This document shows positions 31,102 to 41,738 of a stretch of 64,000 nt of DNA, one piece after another. Location of the stretch: contig CBDCRW010000007.1 of the NCBI GenBank assembly GCA_965221125.1, forward strand, positions 224,001 through 288,000, written 5' to 3'. This stretch comes from Alphaproteobacteria bacterium. Lineage in GTDB: Bacteria > Pseudomonadota > Alphaproteobacteria > UBA828. Positions within the stretch are counted from its first letter, which is position 1; every line of letters starts with the position of its first letter. A program made the position numbers and the translations under genes. The notes below the pieces were generated by a model. The model was not told the origin of the DNA, did not search any database, and was given only the letters and a program-made list of their open reading frames with translations.

Positions 31102-31437
31102 ATGGCGTTCAAGAAGGCCTGCACGCTGGACGACATCTGGGAAGGCGACATGGAGACCTTCGACGTGGACGGCACCGAGGTGCTGCTCGTCCACGTCAAA
31201 GACGAGGGCATTCACGCGATCCAGGCCCAGTGCCCGCATCAGGAGGTCGACCTCGTGGACGGCGACCTCGACGGCCGGGTGCTGACCTGCATGATGCACC
31301 TCTGGGAGTTCGACGTGGTGGCTGGCAAGGGGGTCAACCCCGACCATGCCGAGATCGCCCAATACCCGGTCAGGATCGAGGGCGAGGACGTCCTGGTCGA
31401 CGTCGAGGGCATCGAGCCCAAGCACGCCAAGCCCTGA
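31102..31437 (+). CDS. tmoC: Rieske [2Fe-2S] ferredoxin (TmoC type)
   Basis: CPHQ...TCMMHLWEFD, GKGVNP. Confidence 0.88.
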   Translation: MAFKKACTLDDIWEGDMETFDVDGTEVLLVHVKDEGIHAIQAQCPHQEVDLVDGDLDGRVLTCMMHLWEFDVVAGKGVNPDHAEIAQYPVRIEGEDVLVDVEGIEPKHAKP

Positions 31438-31471
31438 CGGCCGGCGGCGGGTCGAGGGGGAAGGAGCGGCG

Positions 31472-31777
31472 ATGAGCGGTGACGGCGCGGCCCGCAAGAA
31501 CATGGTGGGCCCAGTGCTGCGCGTCGGCGAGGTCGCCGATGCCGTGGTCGAGGCCCTGCGGGAGGACAATCCGGATAAGGACTTCGTGGTCGAGGACCGC
31601 GTCGCCTACGTCCGCGCCGAGACCGAGGGCGAATGCGTGGTCCGCGCCGAAACCGTGGCGCAGGTGCTCGGCCGGCCCTTCAGGATCGCCGAGCTGGAGG
31701 TGAACCTCACCTCCTTCTCCGGCCGGATCGAGACCACCGACGACACCATGCGCTTCTACTTCGAGAAGAGGTTGTAG
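31472..31777 (+). CDS. tmoD: Monooxygenase effector/coupling protein (MmoB/DmpM/TmoD family)
   Basis: NMVGPVLR, DNP, AYVR, LGRPF, LEVNLTSFSGRI; RBS AAGGAG. Confidence 0.88.
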   Translation: MSGDGAARKNMVGPVLRVGEVADAVVEALREDNPDKDFVVEDRVAYVRAETEGECVVRAETVAQVLGRPFRIAELEVNLTSFSGRIETTDDTMRFYFEKRL

Positions 31778-31824
31778 TGGCCCGCGCGAAAGGCTTGCGT
31801 GCTCTCGCGCTCTGCCCCTTCCAC

Positions 31825-31917
31825 GTCATGGCCGGGCTTGTCCCGGCCATCCACGGGCCCGAACGGCCTCGGGAGGTCATCGCTGCGCTGGATGCGCGGA
31901 ACAAGTCCGCGCATGAC
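31825..31917. repeat. Alphaproteobacterial REP-like palindromic element
   Basis: GTCATGGCCGGGCTTGTCCCGGCCATCCAC ... TGGATGCGCGGAACAAGTCCGCGCATGAC: two internal hairpins within terminal inverted GTCATG/CATGAC. Confidence 0.75.
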
Positions 31918-31954
31918 GGCGTGGGGAGCGGCCGGGTTGCGGTCGGGGTACGGC

Positions 31955-32269
31955 ATGGCGGGTGAGGTGCAAGGCGGGCCGGTGCAGGCCGGGCCGGTCC
32001 AGACCGTCATCCGGCGCAAGCTGAGCGCGGCGCTGGCGCCCAGCCGCCTCGACATCGTGGACGATTCCGGGCGCCACGCCGGCCACGTCGGCGCGCGGCC
32101 CGAGGGCGAGACTCACTTCATCGTCGAGATCGCGTCCGCTCAGTTCGCGGGCCTCTCGCGCGTCGCCCGCCAGCGCCTGGTCCACAAGGTGCTCGAAGAC
32201 GAGCTGCAGGACAGGGTCCACGCGCTCGCGCTGAAGACCGTGACGCCGGAGGAAGACTCCGCCGGGTAG
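31955..32269 (+). CDS. bolA: BolA family protein
   Basis: DDSGRHAGH, GETHF, FAGLSRVARQRLV, VHAL. Confidence 0.92.
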   Translation: MAGEVQGGPVQAGPVQTVIRRKLSAALAPSRLDIVDDSGRHAGHVGARPEGETHFIVEIASAQFAGLSRVARQRLVHKVLEDELQDRVHALALKTVTPEEDSAG

Positions 32270-32427
32270 AGCGCGTCCGTCCTTGGACGGGCGCGCGACA
32301 GGCCGCGACAGCGGCCCGCCGCGTATGCGGCGCGCCCGCGCAGGCGCTGGCCGAAGGCCAGCTGCCGTGAGCGATAAAGACTCGGAGCGTTTTCGTGCAA
32401 GACGGAAACGCTCTGACTCGGGAGGCC

Positions 32428-33357
32428 TTACGCTGCCATCAGCGCTTCGACGTGGGCCGCGGCGCTGGCGCCCAGCGCGCGGAGGTCGTAGCCGCCTTCC
32501 AGCGTGGAGACGACGCGGCCGTCGCAGAGCTCGCCTGCGAGGCGCACGAGTTCGGTCGTGATCCAGGTATAGTCGTCCTCCACCAGCTCCAGGTTCGCGA
32601 GCGGATCGTCGCGGTGCGCGTCGAAGCCGGCCGAGATCAGGATCATCTCCGGCCGGTGCGCGCGGAGCGCCGGCAGCACGCGGCTCTCCATCGCGTCGCG
32701 GAAGCCGGCCGAGCCCGTGCCGGCTGAGAGCGGCGCGTTGACGATGTTGCCGACGCCCGTCTCTCTCGCCGCTCCAGTGCCCGGATAAAGTGGGGACTGA
32801 TGGGTGGACGCGAAGAAGAGATCGCCGTCCTTCTCGAACGCGGCCTGCGTGCCGTTGCCGTGATGGACATCGAAGTCGACCACGGCGACGCGCGTGAGCC
32901 CGTGGCTGCGCCGCGCCCGCTCGGCGCCGATCACGACGTTGTTGAAAAGGCAGAACCCCATCGGCCGGCGCGGCTCGGCGTGGTGGCCGGGCGGGCGCAC
33001 CGCGCAGAAGGCGTTGTCCGCCTCGCCGCCCATCACCGCGTCCACCGCTGCGCTCACCGCGCCCGCCGCGCGCAGGGCGGCCTCGCCGGAGGCCGGCGAC
33101 ATGACCGTGTCGGCGTCGATCGCGACCCGCCCTTCGTCTGGCACGTTCTCGAGAATGGCGTCGACCAGCCGCTTGTCGTGCGCCCAGGCGATGCTCTCGG
33201 TCTCGCCGACCGGCGCCTCGCGGCGCTCGAGGTCGGCAAACGACTCGGCCGCGAGCGCCTTCTCGATCGCCCCGAGCCGCGCCCCCGATTCGGGGTGCTG
33301 CGCGCCGGGGTCGTGCTCCGCGCACACGGGATGGCTGTAGAAGACTGTCCTGGCCAC
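32428..33357 (-). CDS. Histone deacetylase family protein (Zn-dependent amidohydrolase)
   Basis: HPES, RPPGHHA, MGFCLFNN, DFDVHHGNGTQ, SAGFDAH, LEGGY. Confidence 0.93.
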   Translation of the reverse strand: MARTVFYSHPVCAEHDPGAQHPESGARLGAIEKALAAESFADLERREAPVGETESIAWAHDKRLVDAILENVPDEGRVAIDADTVMSPASGEAALRAAGAVSAAVDAVMGGEADNAFCAVRPPGHHAEPRRPMGFCLFNNVVIGAERARRSHGLTRVAVVDFDVHHGNGTQAAFEKDGDLFFASTHQSPLYPGTGAARETGVGNIVNAPLSAGTGSAGFRDAMESRVLPALRAHRPEMILISAGFDAHRDDPLANLELVEDDYTWITTELVRLAGELCDGRVVSTLEGGYDLRALGASAAAHVEALMAA

Positions 33358-33504
33358 GGCCTCACCTCCTGCTGCGCGCAGCGTAGCACGGGCTCACGTC
33401 AGGCGTGGCCATATGCCGCTCGCGCAAATTTGAGCCGCATTGGGGCTGGACCTGCGCCCTTCTTATTCGCCACATTGGGGCCGGAAGATTCCAGGGAGAG
33501 ATCG

Positions 33505-34884
<1,380 letters not shown>

Positions 34885-34930
34885 CCCGGCGCCGCAGCGG
34901 CCGCGCCGGCCCGGCTCCGCGCCCGCGCGC

Positions 34931-35698
34931 TCAGGCGGCGGCGTGCGCGCGGATGGGGCCCTCGGCCCGCTGGTTGATCAGCTGGTCGAGGTAGGCGTTG
35001 CCGCTCTCGTCGATGTCGCCGGCAGCGCCCTGCCAGAGGATCGCGCCGTCGTGCAGCATCGCCAGCCGGTCGAAGCTCCGCCGCGCGATGCCCATGTCGC
35101 TCGTCACCGTGAGCGCCGTCGCGCCGGTCCGCGCGATGGCGTCCCGGATGAGGGTCACGATGGCGCCGGTGAGAATCGGGTCGAGGCCGGCGGTCGGGTC
35201 GTCGAGCACGAGGAAGCGGGGCTCGGCGCAGATCGCGCGGCCGAGCGCCACGCGCTTCTGCATGCCGCCGGAAAGCTCGGCCGGCGAGAGGTCGGCCACG
35301 TCCGGTCTCAGGCCGACGGCGACGAGAATCTCCATGGCCCGTTGCCTGGCGGCGCGCCGGGCCATGCCGTGGCCGTGGATCAGGGTGAAGGCCACGTTCT
35401 CCCACACGCTCAGGCTGTCGAAGAGCGCGTTCTGCTGGAACAGCACGCCGATGCCGCGCATCAGCTCTTCGAGCCCGCCCTTGTCGAGGGTTGCCAGGTC
35501 GGTGTCGCCGAAGCGGACGCTGCCGCCCTCCATCGGCAAGAGCCCGAGCAGGCACTTGAGCAGCACCGACTTGCCGCCGGACGAGGGGCCGACGAGCACG
35601 GTCGACTGCCCTTGCGGCACATCGAGATCGACTCCGCGCAGCACGGGCCTGCCGTCGAACGCCTTGACCACGCCGCGCGCCGTGACCGTAATGCTCAT
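34931..35698 (-). CDS. ABC transporter ATP-binding protein, MlaF/Ttg2A type
   Basis: GPSSGGKS, LFQQNALFDSLSVWENV, ELSGGMQKRVALGRA; Walker B reads LVLDDP. Confidence 0.85.
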   Translation of the reverse strand: MSITVTARGVVKAFDGRPVLRGVDLDVPQGQSTVLVGPSSGGKSVLLKCLLGLLPMEGGSVRFGDTDLATLDKGGLEELMRGIGVLFQQNALFDSLSVWENVAFTLIHGHGMARRAARQRAMEILVAVGLRPDVADLSPAELSGGMQKRVALGRAICAEPRFLVLDDPTAGLDPILTGAIVTLIRDAIARTGATALTVTSDMGIARRSFDRLAMLHDGAILWQGAAGDIDESGNAYLDQLINQRAEGPIRAHAAA

Positions 35699-35765
35699 GG
35701 GCCGTCTCTAGCCCGGTTCTCTCCCCCATGTCACGGCCTGCGGCCAGCCAACGAGGTCTTCCACG

Positions 35766-37022
35766 ATGTCTGACGACACGCTGCTCGAACGCCGCCACCG
35801 GCTGCTCGGCGCCGGTGCGCCGCTCTTCTACGACCGCCCGCTCCACCTGGTGAGGGGGGAGGGGAGCAAGGTGTGGGACGGCGACGGCCGCGTCTATCTC
35901 GACGCCTACAACAACGTGCCGCACGTGGGCCACTGCCACCCGCACGTGGTGGAGGCGCTGGCGGACCAGGCCGCCCGCCTCAATCTCTCGACCCGCTACC
36001 TGGATGCGCGCATCCTCGACTACGGCGAGGCGCTGACCGCGACCTTCGCGGATGAGCTCTCCCGCGTCTCGCTCACGTGCTCGGGCACCGAGGCGAGCGA
36101 GCTTGCGCTCAGGATCGCCCGCGCGTGCACCGGCAACGAGGGCGTCATCGTCACCGACTTCTGCTACCACGGGAACTCCGCCGTGGTCGCCGGGCTCTGC
36201 ACCGCCTTTGCCACGCCCGAAGGCATCGACCCCAGGGTGCGCACCGTCAGGGTGCCCGAGGCCGAAGACGACGCAGACGAGGCCGCGGCCGAGGTCGAGG
36301 CCGCCATCGCTTCGATGGCCGAGGCCGGCATGAAGCCCGCCGCGATCTTCTTCGACACGATCTTCGCGACCGAGGGCATGCCGGCGGTGCCGGCCGGCTA
36401 CGTGGAACGCGCGGTGGCACTCACCCGCACGGCCGGCGGCCTCTACATCGCGGACGAAGTTCAGCCCGGCCTCGGGCGCACGGGCGCCGGCATGTGGGGG
36501 CACCAGCTCTACGACGCGGTGCCGGACCTCGTGACCCTCGGCAAGCCGCTCGGCAACGGCCATCCGCTGGCGGGCGTCGTCGCCCGCGCGGACCTGATCG
36601 ACGGGTTCGCGGCCAAGGCGATGTACTTCAACACCTTCGGCGGCAACCCGGTCTCCTGCGCGGTGGGGCACGCGGTGCTCGAGGTCATCGAGGAGGAGGG
36701 CCTCGTGGAGAACGCGCGCAGGGTGGGCGCGCGGCTGCACGAGGGCCTGTCCGCGCTCGGCAACAAGCACGCCATGATCGGCGCGCCACGCGGGCGGGGC
36801 TTCTTCACCGGCGTCCCCTTCCTCTCCAGCGAGGACGGCGAGACGCCGGCGCCGGCGCTCGCCAAGGCCGCGGTGAACGGGATGCGCGAGCGGGGCGTGC
36901 TGATCAGCCGCACCGGGCGCCACGACCATGTGCTCAAGATCCGCCCGCCCATGCCGTTCTCCGCCAAGGACGCGGATCAGCTTCTCGCCGCCCTCGACGA
37001 AACCCTCGATTCGCTGGCGTGA
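35766..37022 (+). CDS. Class III PLP enzyme, phospho-lyase (AGXT2L/ETNPPL-like) subfamily
   Basis: YLDAYNNVPHVGHCHP, YHG, ADEVQPGLGRTG, TLGKPLGNGHP, YFNTFGGNPVS, VLKIRPP. Confidence 0.85.
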   Translation: MSDDTLLERRHRLLGAGAPLFYDRPLHLVRGEGSKVWDGDGRVYLDAYNNVPHVGHCHPHVVEALADQAARLNLSTRYLDARILDYGEALTATFADELSRVSLTCSGTEASELALRIARACTGNEGVIVTDFCYHGNSAVVAGLCTAFATPEGIDPRVRTVRVPEAEDDADEAAAEVEAAIASMAEAGMKPAAIFFDTIFATEGMPAVPAGYVERAVALTRTAGGLYIADEVQPGLGRTGAGMWGHQLYDAVPDLVTLGKPLGNGHPLAGVVARADLIDGFAAKAMYFNTFGGNPVSCAVGHAVLEVIEEEGLVENARRVGARLHEGLSALGNKHAMIGAPRGRGFFTGVPFLSSEDGETPAPALAKAAVNGMRERGVLISRTGRHDHVLKIRPPMPFSAKDADQLLAALDETLDSLA

Positions 37023-38053
37023 CCGCGCCCGTGAGCGATTTCTACGGCCTGCCGCTCGACGAGCGGGCGGAGCGCCTGCGCGCGCTCGCGACCACGGCGC
37101 TCGTCCGCTGGGGCGTGCGCGACGGCGAGCCCGAGATGCTCAAGGTCCGCGAGAACGCCGTGTTCCGCGTGCAGACAGCGGACGGGCAGGACGCGGTGCT
37201 CCGCGTTCACCGCCACGATTACCACAGCGACGCGGCGCTCCGGTCCGAGCTTGCCTGGCTGGAGGCGCTGCACGCTGACGGCATCGCGGTGCCGGCGGTG
37301 ATCCCGAGCGCTGCCGGCGCGGCGTTCGAGACCGTGCAGGCTGCGGGCGTGCCGGAGCCCCGCCAGGTGGACATGCTCACCTGGATGCCTGGCGTCCCCA
37401 TCGGCACGATCGAGGAGGGGCTGAATCCCCAGATTGCGGACGTGCATGCGGTCTTCGAGGCCGTCGGGCGGCTCGCCGCGCGGCTCCACAACCAGACCGG
37501 CGCGTGGCCGCAGCCCGCCGGATTCATCCGCCATGCCTGGGACCGCGACGGGCTGGTCGGCCCCGAGCCGCTCTGGGGGCGGTTCTGGGAGGCTGCCGTG
37601 CTCGGCGCCGGGGAGCGCCGCCTGATCGACCGTGCCAGGGCGCAGGTCCACGACGAGCTCACCGCCTACGGCCGCCCGCCCCGGCGCTACGGCCTGATCC
37701 ACGCCGACCTCAACCTCGACAACATGCTCTTCGACGGCGAGCGGGTGATCGTGCTCGACTTCGACGACTGCGGCTTCGGCTGGCACCTCTTCGACCTGTC
37801 CACGGTCTGGACGCTGTTCCACGGCAGCGACCTCGCCGAGGCGATGCGGGCCGGCGTCGTCGCCGGCTACCGCCGCGAGCGCGACTTGCCGGACGAGGAG
37901 CTCGCCCACATGCCGCTCTTCGAGCTGGGCCGCGCGTTCAGCTATCTGGGCTGGGTCCACACGCGCTCGGAAACCGCGAGCGCGCAGGCGCTTGCGCACG
38001 AGGTCGCGGAACTGGTCTGCACCCTCGCGGAGGCGTACCTGCGCGGCAAGTAA
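37019..38053 (+). CDS. APH/choline-kinase-like phosphotransferase
   Basis: RENAVFRV, VLRVHR, SELAWL, LIHADL..DNML, LDFDDCGFGW; GTGA overlap with the upstream gene. Confidence 0.85.
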   Translation: MTAPVSDFYGLPLDERAERLRALATTALVRWGVRDGEPEMLKVRENAVFRVQTADGQDAVLRVHRHDYHSDAALRSELAWLEALHADGIAVPAVIPSAAGAAFETVQAAGVPEPRQVDMLTWMPGVPIGTIEEGLNPQIADVHAVFEAVGRLAARLHNQTGAWPQPAGFIRHAWDRDGLVGPEPLWGRFWEAAVLGAGERRLIDRARAQVHDELTAYGRPPRRYGLIHADLNLDNMLFDGERVIVLDFDDCGFGWHLFDLSTVWTLFHGSDLAEAMRAGVVAGYRRERDLPDEELAHMPLFELGRAFSYLGWVHTRSETASAQALAHEVAELVCTLAEAYLRGK

Positions 38054-38062
38054 GCCGCGGGC

Positions 38063-39178
38063 CTACGGGAAAAGGGTGAGGACGCCGGTGTAGCCGTAGA
38101 GCCGGTTGTGCGAGATCTCGCCGTTGCAGAAGAAGCCCACCAGCGGCACGTCGCCGAGGGTGCGCTCGATCAGCCGCAGCTCCTCCGACGCCTCGCCGAA
38201 CATGTTGGGGCCGCGCGCGAGGCAGGTGAAGTAGAGCGCGCCGCGCGGCTCGGCGCCGGCCCGCCGCTTGACCGAATCGACCATGCGGCCGAGATCCTGC
38301 TCGGCGGCGTCCGCGTCCCGGCGGCAGAACTGCACCAGCGCGCCGCGCTCCACCAGCTCGCCGATGCCGATCAGCCCGCGGTCCACGTCGAAGCCCATGA
38401 TGTTGCGCACCAGGTAGTCGCCGGTGTCGCTGCCGGAGACGGGCAGGGCGGCGAAGATGAGGCCGCCGACGCGGCGCAGGTCTCCCGCCAGCTCCTCGCC
38501 GATCTCCTCCTTGAAGACGTCGAGCGCCGGGCGGCCGTCGAGTTCGACGATGACGTTGGCCTGGCAGTCGGTGATCTGGTGGCCCGGCCCGATCGGCATG
38601 CAGCTCTGGCTGAGCGCGGTGGCGACAGCGACGGATTCGGAGAGAAGCACGCCGGAGACTCCGCCCTCCGTCACTCCGCCCGCGATCTGGGCCGGCACCG
38701 CGCGCGACGACGAGAGGCCGCCCACCAGGAAGCCCTCCAGCTCGTCGGCGAGGTCGGCGACGATGTCGCCCGTCCGCTGGTTGCGCGGGTCCGCGTGGAC
38801 GATGCCGAAGCGGGCCGGCGCCCTGGCGATCCAGGCCCCGTTGTCGCGGCTGAACTCGCCGAGGTCGTCATGGATGGTCTCGAAGACCCGGTAGCTCGTC
38901 TGGTCGAGGTCGGCGATCATCACCGCGGCGGCGGGCTCGTCGAAGTACTCCCGCCCGGTGGCGCAGATGCCGATGCCGACCGAGCCCACCCACTCGTCGA
39001 TGCCGGTTGCGCGCTTGAGCCGGTCCAGCGCGGCCGGCAGGTGATCGCCGATCGCGTCGGTGACGTAGAGCATCCCGAGCCCGTTGTGCGGCAGCGTCGG
39101 CCCGAGCTTCTCGATGCAGGCCTCGATCGCGGCGTCGCCGCTCGGCCCGCCGGCATGGGCGTAGTGAAATCGCGTCAT
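38063..39178 (-). CDS. FIST domain protein
   Basis: LVGGLSS, SQSCMPIG, ELDGRPAL, YLVRN, CLARG, PLVGFFCNGEI, GYTGVL. Confidence 0.9.
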   Translation of the reverse strand: MTRFHYAHAGGPSGDAAIEACIEKLGPTLPHNGLGMLYVTDAIGDHLPAALDRLKRATGIDEWVGSVGIGICATGREYFDEPAAAVMIADLDQTSYRVFETIHDDLGEFSRDNGAWIARAPARFGIVHADPRNQRTGDIVADLADELEGFLVGGLSSSRAVPAQIAGGVTEGGVSGVLLSESVAVATALSQSCMPIGPGHQITDCQANVIVELDGRPALDVFKEEIGEELAGDLRRVGGLIFAALPVSGSDTGDYLVRNIMGFDVDRGLIGIGELVERGALVQFCRRDADAAEQDLGRMVDSVKRRAGAEPRGALYFTCLARGPNMFGEASEELRLIERTLGDVPLVGFFCNGEISHNRLYGYTGVLTLFP

Positions 39179-39227
39179 TCTCTGCGTCCCGGCGCCATGT
39201 CACGCGCGCAAGCGCCCAATGGTGCGC

Positions 39228-40571
39228 TCACGGGCGCGCCTCCTGCAAGCGGGCGGCGCACCAGGCGGCGGCCCGCAGCGTGGTTGCGTCGGCGCCGTAG
39301 CGCCCCACCACCTGGAGGCCGAGCGGCAGGCCGCCCACGGCAAGCACGGGAACGTTGACCGCCGGCACGCCGAGCATGGTCCAGAGCATGGTCTGCAAGC
39401 GGCTGCCGGTAAAGGCCAGGCCCTCCGGCGCGCCGCCGGGGGCGGCAGGGGTGAGCGCCGCATCGTAGGGCCGCATGGCCTGCTCGAAGGCGCGTCGCAT
39501 CGCGTCCGCCGCATCGAGCAGGGAGAGATAGGCATCGGCATCGATCGCCCGCCCGCCTTCGATGTGCGCGCGCACGACATCGGAAAGCCGGGCCTCGCCC
39601 CGCGCGACCCAGGCTGCGAACGCGTGGGCGACCTCGCGCCGCATGATGCCGAGATGCACGGCCCGCGCGTCCGCGAATTCCGGGCCGAGGGCAAGGGGCG
39701 CGGCGCCGAGCGCGGCCGCCGCATCCTCGTAGGCCGCCGCCGCCTCCGGCTCCACCTCGTTCCAGGCCGGCGCGCGCACGAATGCGAGGCGCGGTTGGCC
39801 GAGCGGCAGGGCGAGCGCTGCGGCGAGGCGGGTGGCGGCCCGGCCGGCGCAGGCCTGATCCAGCCCGTCGTTGCCCGAGAGCACGTCGATGCCGAGCGCC
39901 ACGTCCTCCGCCGAGCCCGCGAGCACGCCGACGTGGTCGAGCGTCCGCGCGAGCCGCGTGACCCCGGTACGCGGGATCGCCCCAAAACTCGGCTTCATGC
40001 CCCAGACGCCGCAGAACGCGGCCGGCCGCACCACGGAGCCTGCGGTCTGGCTGCCGAGCGCGAGCGGCACGCCGCCGGCGGCCACGGTCGCGGCCGAGCC
40101 CGAGGATGACCCCCCCGGCGTGTGCCCGAGCGCGTGCGGGTTGCGGGTCTCGTTGGCGGCGCCGCAGGCGAGCTCAGTGGTCACCGTCTTGCCCAGGATG
40201 AGCGCGCCGGCCGCGCGCAGGCGTCGCACGGCCGTGGCGTCCGCATCCGGCCTGCGGCCTGCGTCGAGCGGTGTACCGTTCTCTGTGGGCTGATCGGAGG
40301 TGTCGAAGATGTCCTTGACGGCGACGGGCACGCCCGCGAGCGCCCCGGCCGGGCCGGCGTCGTCGATCGCCCGCGCCTGCTCCAGCGCGTGTGCCGCATC
40401 GAGGTGGGCCCACGCGTGGACCTCCGATTCAGTCTCGGCGATGCGTGCCAGCGCCGCGGCGCAGGCCTCCGCCGCGCTCTCCCGTCCGGCGCGGACGTTG
40501 GCCGCGATATCGACCCCACGCGGGCATTTCGGCAGCGCCGGGGCCGCCCTCGCGCTTCCACTAGCCGTCAT
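39228..40571 (-). CDS. Amidase signature family protein
   Basis: LAGVPVAVKD, GKTVTTE, HTPGGSSSGSAA, SQTAGSVVRPAAFCG. Confidence 0.92.
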   Translation of the reverse strand: MTASGSARAAPALPKCPRGVDIAANVRAGRESAAEACAAALARIAETESEVHAWAHLDAAHALEQARAIDDAGPAGALAGVPVAVKDIFDTSDQPTENGTPLDAGRRPDADATAVRRLRAAGALILGKTVTTELACGAANETRNPHALGHTPGGSSSGSAATVAAGGVPLALGSQTAGSVVRPAAFCGVWGMKPSFGAIPRTGVTRLARTLDHVGVLAGSAEDVALGIDVLSGNDGLDQACAGRAATRLAAALALPLGQPRLAFVRAPAWNEVEPEAAAAYEDAAAALGAAPLALGPEFADARAVHLGIMRREVAHAFAAWVARGEARLSDVVRAHIEGGRAIDADAYLSLLDAADAMRRAFEQAMRPYDAALTPAAPGGAPEGLAFTGSRLQTMLWTMLGVPAVNVPVLAVGGLPLGLQVVGRYGADATTLRAAAWCAARLQEARP

Positions 40572-40675
40572 CGCCGTCTCCTCGTCGCTCCGCCCTCTAG
40601 CCCAAGCATACAGCGGGGTCCCGGATGTTGCGCTGTTCCTTGGCAAGCCCTGCGGGCAGGGCTATAAGCCGGGGC

Positions 40676-41710
40676 ATGCTGGTCACCTTGGTCGACGACT
40701 CCATTCCGTTCAACGGGATGACACCGGCCTATCAACCCATCGGCGGCGCCGAGAAGGCGTTCGCCAGCCTGCCGGCGGCGCTCGCGCGCCAGGGCCACGT
40801 GGTGCGCGCGGTCAACCGGAGTCCGAACAGCCTGGGCTTCGAGAACGTGAGCTGGATCCACTGGGACGGCCGCAAGCCGCCCATCACCGAGGTGCTGATC
40901 GCCTTCCGCAAGCCGGCCCTGCTCGAGTTCACGCGGGCGACCAGGGCGCGTATCCTCTGGGTCACCGGGCCGCCGGACTACCTCCATCGCCCCGCGGTCC
41001 ACGAGGTGCTGAGCCGCACCGACGCCAAGCTCGTGTTCCTGGGCAACAAGCATTCCGAAGCGTATCGGACGGAGGGGGAGAACGCCGTCTACTACCGCTC
41101 CATCGCGCCCGGCGTGCGCGAGGAATACCGCAGCGGCGAAGAGATGTCGCCGGAGGAGCCGCCGACCGCGGTGGTGACCACGCACCCCAAGCACGATCTC
41201 GACTGGCTGCTGGATCTCTGGATCGAGCGGATCCGCCCCGAGGCGCCCAACGCCCAGCTGCAGGTCTATTCGGCCGCGTTCAAGCGCGCGCAGACGGGCG
41301 ATGCGCTGGCCGACGATCTCATGCCGGTCTTCGAGAAGGCCCGCGGTGCCGCCGATCACGGCGTGGTCATCATGGCGCCCGCCGGCGACAGGGACATGGC
41401 GAAGGCATATGCCCGGGCGCGGGTGCATCTCTATCCCGGCTCCGAGCGCGAGATGTACTGCTCGACTCTGGCGGAATCGCAGGCGGTCGGCCTGCCGGCG
41501 GTGGCCCGGCCCGTGGGCGCGGTGAAGGAGCGCTTCACCGATCGCCAGTCCGGCTTCCTCGCGCCCGACGACGATGCCTTCGTCGAGAACGCGCTCGCCA
41601 TGCTCAAGGACGACGAAGCCTTCGAGAAGGCGAGCAAGACGGCCCGGCGCACTGGCCGCAACCGGAGCTGGGATACCGCAGCAAGCGAGTTCGAGATGCT
41701 CTTCCGTTGA
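40676..41710 (+). CDS. Glycosyltransferase (GT-B, family 4-like)
   Basis: IGGAEKAF, LYPG..EMYCSTLAESQAVGLP..GAVKER (E-x7-E motif). Confidence 0.82.
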   Translation: MLVTLVDDSIPFNGMTPAYQPIGGAEKAFASLPAALARQGHVVRAVNRSPNSLGFENVSWIHWDGRKPPITEVLIAFRKPALLEFTRATRARILWVTGPPDYLHRPAVHEVLSRTDAKLVFLGNKHSEAYRTEGENAVYYRSIAPGVREEYRSGEEMSPEEPPTAVVTTHPKHDLDWLLDLWIERIRPEAPNAQLQVYSAAFKRAQTGDALADDLMPVFEKARGAADHGVVIMAPAGDRDMAKAYARARVHLYPGSEREMYCSTLAESQAVGLPAVARPVGAVKERFTDRQSGFLAPDDDAFVENALAMLKDDEAFEKASKTARRTGRNRSWDTAASEFEMLFR

Positions 41711-41738
41711 ATATCGCCCTGGTCGCCGGACCGGGACC

